From Thermoleophilia bacterium (lineage in GTDB: Bacteria > Actinomycetota > Thermoleophilia > Gaiellales > Gaiellaceae): a stretch of DNA of 38,501 bases. The stretch covers positions 1 to 38,501 of the forward strand of contig JABFWJ010000319.1 in the NCBI GenBank assembly GCA_013362295.1, in the 5' to 3' direction. A program made the position numbers and the translations under genes. Below are positions 16,490 to 23,770 of this stretch, piece by piece. Each line of letters begins with the position of its first letter. Positions within the stretch are counted from its first letter, which is position 1. The notes below the pieces were generated by a model. That model saw only the letters and a program-made list of their open reading frames with translations. It did not search any database and was not told where the DNA came from.

Positions 16490-17815
16490 GTGCGCACGCT
16501 GGCTCGCCGCCTCGGTACGGCATTCGCGCTCGCTACCGTCGCAGCGATCGCGGCAATCACCGTCAATGGATCGCTCTCGGCGTTCGCGCACGGAAAGGCG
16601 GCGGCCAAGTCGCCCTCGCTGATCACGCAGGGCCGCAACATCTTCCGCTTCGACACCTTCGGCGACCAGGCGTTCTGGGGCGACGCGCTCCAGTTGCACA
16701 AGGCGATCGAGGGTCAGAAGCTGGGAGGGGTCGGCCCCGGTGTCAGCCCCAAGACGGCGCTCGCCGTCGGGCTCAAGGTCGACGCGACGAAGATCCCGGC
16801 GAAGGTCGCGGCGGCGATCAAGGCCGGGAAGGTCAACCTCGACGACCCCGCGACGACGCTCACGCTGCTGAAGCTGAATGCGGTCGTCGGCGTCAAGGGC
16901 ATCTTCGACCGCGCCGGGCAGCACCTCACCTCGATGGGGATCACCTGTGCGATCTGCCACTCGACCGTCGACAACTCGTTCGCGGCCGGGATCGGAAAGC
17001 GCCGCGACGGTTGGCCCAACCGCGACCTCAACGTCGGCGCGATCGTCTCCCTGGCGCCGAACCTGACGTCCGTCACGAGCCTGCTCGGCGTCGACGAGGC
17101 GACGGTGAAGAAGGTGCTCGCAAGCTGGGGCCCCGGCAAGTTCGACGCCGAGCTCTTCATGGACGGCAAGGCGTTCCGCCCGGACGGGAAGTCCGCCGCC
17201 ACGCTGATCCCGCCGGCGTACGGGCTGGCCGGCGTGAACCTGCACACGTTCACGGGCTGGGGCTCGATCACGTACTGGAACGCGTTCGTCGCCAACCTCG
17301 AGATGCACGGGATCGGCAACTTCTCCGACGCGCGGCTCGCGGACGCGAAGAAGTTCCCGATCGCCGCGAAGGCCGGCTTCGCGCACCTCAGGCATCCCGT
17401 CGACCTGATCACCTCGAAGCTCCCCGCCCTGCACGCCTACCAGCTGTCGCTTCCCGCGCCGCGGCCTGCCCGTGGGAGCTTCGACCCGACCGCCGCGGCC
17501 CGCGGCAAGGCCGTCTTCAACGGCGCGGGCAAGTGCGCGTCCTGCCACATGGCGCCGATCTTCACGGAGCCGGGCTGGAACCTGCACACGCCCGCGGAGA
17601 TCTGCACGGACTCCTTCCAGGCCGACCGCAGCCCCACCGGCATGTACCGGACGACGCCCCTGCGGGGTGTCTCGACGCACGGACAGGGCGGCTACTACCA
17701 CGACGGGCGCTACAAGACGCTCGACGAGGTCGTGGCCCACTACAACAGCTGCATGTCGCTCGGCCTGAGCTCCCAGCAGCAATCCGACCTGGTGCAGTAC
17801 CTGAAGAGCCTCTAG
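16490..17815 (+). CDS. Secreted di-haem c-type protein, cytochrome c peroxidase/MauG-like
   Basis: GGAGGAGGG Shine-Dalgarno just upstream of GTG 16490. Sec-type signal peptide ending AFA-HG. Two CxxCH motifs: CAICH (nt 16946-16960) and CASCH (nt 17534-17548). CCP/MauG-like C-terminal HDGRYKTLDEVVAHYN. Confidence 0.8.
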   Translation: MRTLARRLGTAFALATVAAIAAITVNGSLSAFAHGKAAAKSPSLITQGRNIFRFDTFGDQAFWGDALQLHKAIEGQKLGGVGPGVSPKTALAVGLKVDATKIPAKVAAAIKAGKVNLDDPATTLTLLKLNAVVGVKGIFDRAGQHLTSMGITCAICHSTVDNSFAAGIGKRRDGWPNRDLNVGAIVSLAPNLTSVTSLLGVDEATVKKVLASWGPGKFDAELFMDGKAFRPDGKSAATLIPPAYGLAGVNLHTFTGWGSITYWNAFVANLEMHGIGNFSDARLADAKKFPIAAKAGFAHLRHPVDLITSKLPALHAYQLSLPAPRPARGSFDPTAAARGKAVFNGAGKCASCHMAPIFTEPGWNLHTPAEICTDSFQADRSPTGMYRTTPLRGVSTHGQGGYYHDGRYKTLDEVVAHYNSCMSLGLSSQQQSDLVQYLKSL

Positions 17816-17843
17816 CGGACCCCCGCGCACTACCATTGAAGCC

Positions 17844-18512
17844 GTGAAGCTGCCCGTCCTCGCGGCCGCCTGCACGGGCCTGTTCGGGCTCGCCACGGCA
17901 CTCGCGTTCTTCTACGCACCGACCGACGCGGACCAGGGCCTGTCGCAGCGCATCTTCTACTTCCACGTCCCACTGGCCCTGACGTCGTACGTGTGCTTCG
18001 GCTGGGGCGCGTGGAAAGCGCTGCGCTACCTGCGCACGCGCGACGCGCGCGCCGATCTCGAGAGCTACGTCGCGATCCACCAGGGCGTGATCTTCGCCGC
18101 GTTGACGCTGCTCACAGGCTCGATCTGGGCGCGCATCTCCTGGGGCGTGTGGTGGTCGTGGAGCGAGGATCAGCTCGTGCTCTTCCTCGTGCTCTTCCTC
18201 TTCTACTGCGCCTATTTCATGCTGCGCTTCTCGGTCGAGCCGGGCCCGGCGCGCGCGAACATGTGCGCGGTCTACGCGCTCTTCGGCGTCGTGCTGATCC
18301 CCGTCTCGTTCCTCGCGATCAGGCTGTCGAAGCGGTTCATCCACCCGGTCGTGTTCAACTCGCACGGACCGCAGATGACAGGTTCGCAATTTCTCACGTT
18401 CTGCGTCTGCCTCGCCGCGATGCTCGCGCTCTTCGCGACGCTCTACTCCATCGAGCTGGCAGGCAAGCGGCTCGACGGCGCGCTGCGCGAGCTGAAGGAG
18501 CTCCTCGCATGA
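17844..18512 (+). CDS. ccmC: Haem exporter/haem-loading protein CcmC
   Basis: FFYAPTDADQGLSQRIFYFHVP (conserved His), Trp-rich loop WGVWWSWSEDQL, second His in KRFIHPV. Six TM helices, 222 aa. Confidence 0.85.
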   Translation: MKLPVLAAACTGLFGLATALAFFYAPTDADQGLSQRIFYFHVPLALTSYVCFGWGAWKALRYLRTRDARADLESYVAIHQGVIFAALTLLTGSIWARISWGVWWSWSEDQLVLFLVLFLFYCAYFMLRFSVEPGPARANMCAVYALFGVVLIPVSFLAIRLSKRFIHPVVFNSHGPQMTGSQFLTFCVCLAAMLALFATLYSIELAGKRLDGALRELKELLA

Positions 18513-18664
18513 CGCAGTCGGAGAAGTACACGGCCGCCGCGTACCTCGTGGTCTTCCTCGCGGTGCTCGTGTACGTCGTGATCATCGGGTCGAAGCTGCA
18601 GCGCCTGCAGCGCGAGGTTGAGCAGCTCGTCAGCCGGGTTCGGGAGAGCAGCGCCGATGGTTGA
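18509..18664 (+). CDS. ccmD: CcmD-like small membrane protein
   Basis: 51 aa with a single TM (AAAYLVVFLAVLVYVVIIG) followed by a charged tail, as in CcmD. ATGA overlap with the ccmC stop. The call rests on position and architecture only. Confidence 0.5.
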   Translation: MTQSEKYTAAAYLVVFLAVLVYVVIIGSKLQRLQREVEQLVSRVRESSADG

Positions 18665-19418
18665 GGTGCTGTTCTGGCCGGCGCTCGTGGGCTACGGCGA
18701 GGCCGCCGTCGCATACGCGACCGTACGCACGTCGCGCGCGGCGACGTGGGGCGTTCGGCTCGGCTGGCTCGCGCAGACCGCGCTGCTTGCCGCACAGGTG
18801 ATCGGAGCCGACGGCTTCCCGTGGTCGAGCTGGGCGGGGACGCTCAACCTGTTCGTCTGGTTCCTCGTCGGAACCTACCTGATCTGGGGTTGTAGGCCTC
18901 GCTTCCGGCTGCTCGGATTGACAGTAATGCCACTTGCCTTTTCGCTCTTCGTCGTCGCACGAATCGGCGGCGGGACGAACACGGGGGTCGGTTCGCACTA
19001 CGGCGACCTCTTCCTCGTCCTGCACGTAGGGATGCTGACGGCCGCCTTCGCCGGCTTCACGCTCGCAGCCGGGCTGGCGGCGCTGTACCTGTGGCAGGAG
19101 CGGCGGCTGAAAGGACGTGCGCCGGACATCCTCAAGATGCGCCTGCCCCCGCTCGCCTCGCTCGAGTTTCTCGCGTGGCGGACGATCCTCGTCTCGCTCC
19201 CGCTGCTGACACTCGGGCTCGCGATCGGCGTCATCCGCCAGCAGCGCGACGGCGGGAGCTTCGACGAGCGGGAGATCATGACGCTCGTCGCCTGGGTCGT
19301 CTACGGCGGCTTCCTCGCCTCGCGGCCGACAGGGCGCCGGGCGGCGTGTCTCGCGCTCGGTGGGTTCGCACTCGTCGTCGTTGCACGCGTCGCACTCGCG
19401 GGGAGTCACTTCACATGA
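18657..19418 (+). CDS. Cytochrome c assembly family membrane protein, HemX/CcsA-like
   Basis: Polytopic. LHVGMLTAAFAGFTLAAGLAALYLWQERRLKGR matches the HemX/CcsA-family helix pattern (H...Y/F...LY..Q...LK). No canonical WWD loop. ATG 18657 overlaps ccmD by 8 nt, and its stop overlaps the hemA start. Confidence 0.65.
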   Translation: MVEVLFWPALVGYGEAAVAYATVRTSRAATWGVRLGWLAQTALLAAQVIGADGFPWSSWAGTLNLFVWFLVGTYLIWGCRPRFRLLGLTVMPLAFSLFVVARIGGGTNTGVGSHYGDLFLVLHVGMLTAAFAGFTLAAGLAALYLWQERRLKGRAPDILKMRLPPLASLEFLAWRTILVSLPLLTLGLAIGVIRQQRDGGSFDEREIMTLVAWVVYGGFLASRPTGRRAACLALGGFALVVVARVALAGSHFT

Positions 19419-20617
19419 CGCTTGCGCTCGTCGGGCTCTCGCACCACGTGGCGCCGCTGGCGCTGCGCGAGCGCGTGACGCTCGACCTCGAAGCGGCGGC
19501 CACGCTCGCCCGCTCGCTCGGCGACGCAGTCTGCCTGTCGACCTGCAACCGCACGGAGATCTACCTCGAAGGCGTCCCCGAGACCGACGCCGTGGGCGCG
19601 CTCGAGCGCCTGGCGCGGGAACCGCTCGACGGCGTGCTCTATCGCCTGCACGAGGATGCGGCTGCGCTTCATCTCTTCCGGGTCGCCGCCGGGCTCGATT
19701 CGCTCGTCCCGGGCGAGGGCGAGATCCTCAAGCAGGTACGGGATGCGTTCGAGGCCGCGGATCCCGGTCCTCTGCTCGGCCGCGTCTTCCGGCAGGCCGT
19801 CGTCGTCGGCAAGCGGGTGCGCTCGCAGACGGCGATCGGCGAGAACCCGGCCTCGGTCTCTTCCGCAGCGGCCGCGCTCGCGGCGCAGGTCTTTGGCGAG
19901 CTGACGGGACGCCGCGTGCTGCTGATCGGCGCCGGGCGCATCGGCGAGCTCGCGGCGGCCAACCTCGCCTCGCGCGGCGCTGAGATCGCGTACGTCGCCA
20001 ACCGCACCGTCGACACGGCGCTCGACCTGGCGCGGCGGTTCGACGGCGAGGCGATCGCCCTCTCGGACATCTCGTCGCGGCTCGCCGACGTGGACGTCGT
20101 CGTTTCGTCGACGAGCGCGCCCGACACGGTGCTCCGCGCGCAGGGCGTCCCGTCGCGACACCGCAAGCCGTTGTTCTTCATCGACATCGCGGTGCCCCGC
20201 GACGTCGACCCGGCGATCGCGAAACTCGACGGCTGCTTCCTGTACGACATCGACGATCTCGAAGCCGTCGTGGCCGAGACGCTCGCACTCCGGCGCACGG
20301 AGGCCGAGCGCGCCGAGCAGCTCGTCGCGGAGGAGGCCGAGCGGTTCCGGACGTGGCGCGCCTCCCTCGACGTCGTGCCGGCGATCGCGTCGTTGCGCGC
20401 ACACGCGGAGGAGATCCGGGCTTCCGAGCTCGCGAAGGTCGATCGGCGCATGAGCGACGACGCGCTCCGTACTCTCGAGTCGGTGACGTCGCAGATCCTG
20501 AACAAGCTGCTGCACCTGCCGACGATCCGCATGAAGGAAGCGGCGGTCACCGCCGACGGCGCCGAGTACGCGGACGCCGTGCGCTACCTCTTCGGGCTCG
20601 AGGAGGAGACGCTGTGA
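19415..20617 (+). CDS. hemA: Glutamyl-tRNA reductase HemA
   Basis: LVGLSHHVAPLALRE, LSTCNRTEIY (catalytic Cys), GEGEILKQV, LLIGAGRIGEL NADPH loop. ATGA overlap with the upstream gene. Confidence 0.92.
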   Translation: MTLALVGLSHHVAPLALRERVTLDLEAAATLARSLGDAVCLSTCNRTEIYLEGVPETDAVGALERLAREPLDGVLYRLHEDAAALHLFRVAAGLDSLVPGEGEILKQVRDAFEAADPGPLLGRVFRQAVVVGKRVRSQTAIGENPASVSSAAAALAAQVFGELTGRRVLLIGAGRIGELAAANLASRGAEIAYVANRTVDTALDLARRFDGEAIALSDISSRLADVDVVVSSTSAPDTVLRAQGVPSRHRKPLFFIDIAVPRDVDPAIAKLDGCFLYDIDDLEAVVAETLALRRTEAERAEQLVAEEAERFRTWRASLDVVPAIASLRAHAEEIRASELAKVDRRMSDDALRTLESVTSQILNKLLHLPTIRMKEAAVTADGAEYADAVRYLFGLEEETL

Positions 20618-20734
20618 ACGCGGGCCGTGTTCGCACCGAGCGGCCCTTGCCGGTGATCGTCCCCTCGGCGTTCATCCGGATCGACTACGTCCGGCAAGCC
20701 TGCGGCCGGAGCAAGCGCGCCGGGAGGTCGCGCT

Positions 20735-21562
20735 GTGGTCGTTCGCATCGGTTCCCGCGGGTCTAGGCTCGCGCTCACCCAGGCCGAGCACGCGGCGGCG
20801 CTGCTCCGCCGGCCGGGCCTCGAGATCGCGCTCGTCCCGATCACGACCGCCGGCGACCGTGACCGCACGCGGCCGTTCGGCCAGATCGGCGAGCGCGGCG
20901 TGTTCGTCAAGGAGATCGAGGAGGCACTCCTCTCCGGTCGCATCGACATCGCCGTGCACTCCGCGAAGGACATGACCTCCGAGGACACGGCCGGGCTCGT
21001 GGTCGGTGCGTACCTCGAGCGCGACGACCCGCGTGACGCGCTGGTCGGCGCCGCCGAGCTGCGTCCGGGCATGCGGATCGGGACGGCGTCGGTTCGCCGT
21101 CGCGCGCAGCTGCTCGCAGCCGACTCTTCGATCTCGGTCGAGCCGCTGCGCGGCAACGTCGAGACGCGCCTCCGGAAGATGCGCGAGCGCCGGCTCGACG
21201 CGATCATCCTCGCCTCGTGCGGTCTCGACCGGCTCGGGCTGGCGGACGAGATCGGTGCACGCCTCGATCCGGAGCTGATGCTGCCGGAGGCCGCGCAGGG
21301 GGCGCTCGCGTTGCAGGTGCGGGCCGGCGAGGAAGAGCTCGTCGCACGCGTCGACCACGCCGAGACGCGGCGCCGCGTGGAGCCCGAGCGAGCCTGCGTC
21401 GCGCTGATCGGCGCAGGTTGCCTCGCGCCCGTCGCCGCCTATCACGACGGCTCGACGCTGCACGCCCTGATCGCCGACGAGGACGGCGCCTGGGTCGAGC
21501 GCCGCAGCGGCAGCGACCCCGTCGCGCTGGCCCGGGAGCTGACAGGTCTCGCCGTGCGATGA
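20735..21562 (+). CDS. hemC: Hydroxymethylbilane synthase (porphobilinogen deaminase) HemC
   Basis: VRIGSRGSRLALTQA, ITTAGD, KEIEEALLSGRIDIAVHSAKD, RGNVETRL, cofactor Cys context GAGCLAPVAAY. GGGAGG RBS upstream of GTG 20735. Short C-terminal domain (275 aa in total). Confidence 0.9.
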   Translation: MVVRIGSRGSRLALTQAEHAAALLRRPGLEIALVPITTAGDRDRTRPFGQIGERGVFVKEIEEALLSGRIDIAVHSAKDMTSEDTAGLVVGAYLERDDPRDALVGAAELRPGMRIGTASVRRRAQLLAADSSISVEPLRGNVETRLRKMRERRLDAIILASCGLDRLGLADEIGARLDPELMLPEAAQGALALQVRAGEEELVARVDHAETRRRVEPERACVALIGAGCLAPVAAYHDGSTLHALIADEDGAWVERRSGSDPVALARELTGLAVR

Positions 21563-22200
21563 AGGTGATCGTGACCCGGCCGCGCGCGCAGGCGCGACCG
21601 CTCGTCACGGCCCTCGAGGCACTCGGCGCCGACGTCGTCGAGTGCCCCCTGATCGAGATCCAGCCGACGTCGGACGAGCCGGTCGACGGCGCGGGCTACG
21701 ACTGGCTGATCGTCACGAGCCCGAACGGGGCCGACGAGATCGCCCGGCGCGGGATCAACCTTCCTCGCGTGGCCGCGGTCGGCCCGGGCACCGCGGAAGC
21801 GCTCCGGGCGCACGGACTCGAGCCGTCGTTCGTGCCGCAGGAGTCGTCCCAGGACGGCCTGCTGCGCGAGTTCCCCCGCCCGGCGGGGCGGGTGCTCTTC
21901 GCGGCTGCCGAAGGGGCGCGCCGGCGCCCGATCGAGGAGCTCCGGGCCGATTTCGTGCCGCTCTACCGGACGCGTCTGCTCACGCCGGAGCCGCCGGAAG
22001 GCGACGTGGTCGTGCTCGCGTCCGGATCCGCCGCACGCGCCTACGCGGGGATCGGCGGAACGGCTCCCGCCATCAGCATCGGGCCGCAGACCTCGCGCGT
22101 CGCGCGGTCGGTCGGGCTGCGGGTCGTTGCGGAGGCGCCGACCCATGATCTCGACGGGCTCGTCGCGGCCGTGCGCGATCTGATGAAGTCCACACCGTGA
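21559..22200 (+). CDS. hemD: Uroporphyrinogen-III synthase HemD
   Basis: VIVTRP start, DWLIVTSPNG, position immediately after hemC with an ATGA overlap. 213 aa. This family is weakly conserved in sequence. Confidence 0.75.
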   Translation: MKVIVTRPRAQARPLVTALEALGADVVECPLIEIQPTSDEPVDGAGYDWLIVTSPNGADEIARRGINLPRVAAVGPGTAEALRAHGLEPSFVPQESSQDGLLREFPRPAGRVLFAAAEGARRRPIEELRADFVPLYRTRLLTPEPPEGDVVVLASGSAARAYAGIGGTAPAISIGPQTSRVARSVGLRVVAEAPTHDLDGLVAAVRDLMKSTP

Positions 22201-22997
22201 CGACGATCGCGTTCTTGACGGACTTCGGGCTGCAGGACGACTTCGTGGGGACGTGCCACGGCGTGATCGCGCAGATCGCGCCGGACGCGCGCATCATCGA
22301 CGTCACGCACGGCATCGCTCCGCAGGCGGTCCTGCAGGGCGCGATCGTGCTGCGCAACACGACGCAGTTCCTGCCGGTCGGCGTGCACCTCGCCGTCGTC
22401 GATCCCGACGTCGGCGGCAACCGGCGGGCGATCGCCGTCGCGACCGAAGACGGCCGGGCGTTCGTCGGGCCGGACAACGGGCTGCTCGCGCTCGCCGCGG
22501 ACGACCTCGGGATCACGGCCGTGCACGAGCTGACCGACGAGCGCTACCGGCTGCCGGAGGTCTCTCGCACCTTTCACGCCCGCGACATCTTCGCGCCGGC
22601 TGCGGCACACCTGGCCTCCGGCGTCGGCATCGACCGGCTCGGGCCCGCGCTCGACCCGGAGACACTGGTCCGCATCCGGATCCCCGATCCGGACGTCGGC
22701 CGCACGCAGATCTCGGCGACCGTGATCGCGGTCGACCGCTTCGGGAACGTCGGGACGAACCTGCTGAGGTCGCACGTCGACGGGCTCGGTGTCTCGGCCG
22801 GCGACCGCGTCGAGATACGGCTCACCTTCGACCGGTACTACGCGCTCGTCGCGGGAACGTTCGCGGACGCTCCTCCCGGCGAGCTGATCCTCTACGAGGA
22901 CTCCTACGGTCTCGTCACGCTCGCGATCAGCCGCGGCAACGCCGCGCGGCTGACCGGGGTACGCCTCGGGGACGAGCTGCGGATCGCCGTCACGTGA
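22197..22997 (+). CDS. SAM hydrolase / SAM-dependent halogenase family protein (DUF62)
   Basis: N-terminal IAFLTDFGLQDDFVGTCHGVI, VVDPDVGG, GPDNGLL, FHARDIFAPAAAHLA, VDRFGN. These are characteristic of the family. GTGA overlap with hemD. Confidence 0.8.
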   Translation: MTTIAFLTDFGLQDDFVGTCHGVIAQIAPDARIIDVTHGIAPQAVLQGAIVLRNTTQFLPVGVHLAVVDPDVGGNRRAIAVATEDGRAFVGPDNGLLALAADDLGITAVHELTDERYRLPEVSRTFHARDIFAPAAAHLASGVGIDRLGPALDPETLVRIRIPDPDVGRTQISATVIAVDRFGNVGTNLLRSHVDGLGVSAGDRVEIRLTFDRYYALVAGTFADAPPGELILYEDSYGLVTLAISRGNAARLTGVRLGDELRIAVT

Positions 22998-23611
22998 CGA
23001 TCGGTCCGCGCTTCACGATCGGTCAGCGCTTCGCGCGGCTCGTGACGAACGTCGTGGTGCGCGCGCCGTTTCTCTGGCGCGTCTTCCGCGGGCGCATGAC
23101 GCGGCAGTTCGACCGGCTCGCTTCGGAGTGGGACGAGACCCGCGTCAGCCGCGAACGGCTCGCGCCGATGATCGCCGCGCTCGACGGCATCGACGGCGAC
23201 CGCGTCGGGCGGGCGCTCGACGTCGGAACGGGCACGGGTGCGGTCGCGCGCCTGCTCAGCGAACGCTGGCCGGGTGCCGAGGTGACCGGCATCGACGTCT
23301 CGCCCGGCATGGTCGAGGAAGCCCGCCGCCTCGGCCACGAGCGCTACGAGGTCGGCGACGCCGCGTCGCTTCCGTACGACGACGGGGAGTTCGATCTCGT
23401 GACGCTGAACAACATGATTCCCTTCTTCGACGAGATCGCCCGCATCACCGCGCCCGGCGGGTACGTCGCCGTCTCGTACAGCATGGGCCCGCGAACCCCG
23501 ATCTGGGTGCCGATCGAACGGGTGCGGGCCGAGCTCGAGCGCCGGGGCTTCGTCCACGTTGCGGATTTTCGTGCCGGACCAGGCATTGCGCTTCTGGCCA
23601 AGCGCCCGTAA
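22994..23611 (+). CDS. Class I SAM-dependent methyltransferase
   Basis: Motif I ALDVGTGTGAVA, post-I GIDVSPGMV, FDLVTLNNM, APGGYV. GTGA overlap with the DUF62 gene. Stop is TAA at 23609-23611. Confidence 0.75.
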   Translation: MTIGPRFTIGQRFARLVTNVVVRAPFLWRVFRGRMTRQFDRLASEWDETRVSRERLAPMIAALDGIDGDRVGRALDVGTGTGAVARLLSERWPGAEVTGIDVSPGMVEEARRLGHERYEVGDAASLPYDDGEFDLVTLNNMIPFFDEIARITAPGGYVAVSYSMGPRTPIWVPIERVRAELERRGFVHVADFRAGPGIALLAKRP

Positions 23612-23623
23612 TCTCCGCTGCAC

Positions 23624-23670
23624 AGAGACGTTCGCGACGCGGTAGCACCGGTCCGGACGTCTCTTTTTCT
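23624..23670 (+). terminator. Rho-independent terminator closing the hemC-hemD-DUF62-methyltransferase unit
   Basis: Perfect 8-bp stem AGAGACGT (23624-23631) / ACGTCTCT (23657-23664), extendable by three further pairs. It is followed by TTTTTCT, a rare T-tract in this GC-rich sequence, 13 nt after the stop codon. Confidence 0.6.
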
Positions 23671-23694
23671 GCGGCTATGCTTCCGTCGCTTCAG

Positions 23695-23767
23695 GGCGAG
23701 GTAGCTCAGTTGGTAGAGCACACGGCTGAAAACCGTGGTGTCGCCGGTTCAAGTCCGGCCCTCGCCA
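23695..23767 (+). tRNA. tRNA-Phe (anticodon GAA), no encoded CCA
   Basis: Manual cloverleaf. Acceptor GGCGAGG/CCTCGCC, D arm GCTC-AGTTGGTA-GAGC, anticodon arm CACGG-CTGAAAA-CCGTG, variable loop GTGTC, T arm GCCGG-TTCAAGT-CCGGC, discriminator A. 73 nt. Confidence 0.93.
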
Positions 23768-23770
23768 CTC

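Noticed and set aside
15271-17896. 858-aa (+, 15271-17847) and 771-aa (-, 15581-17896) ORFs spanning the ccmB to di-haem region.
   Set aside because: Both overlap four well-supported genes (ccmB, the Crp-family gene, the di-haem protein and the ccmC start) in other frames. Their translations are Arg/Pro/Gly-rich without motifs. GC-driven artefacts.
20618-20734. 117-nt hemA-hemC spacer with inverted repeats (GGGCCG 20622-20627 / CGGCCC 20641-20646; CTTGCCGG 20646-20653 / CCGGCAAG 20691-20698).
   Set aside because: The stems are short and GC-only, as expected by chance at this base composition. No T-tract or known riboswitch-like core is present. A plain GGGAGG RBS precedes hemC. It is worth a covariance check only if orthologous spacers are available.
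23735-23770. ORF-track start of the arginase gene at 23735.
   Set aside because: It lies inside the T arm of tRNA-Phe. The extra 12 residues have no counterpart in RocF, and GTG 23771 reproduces the homologue N-terminus.
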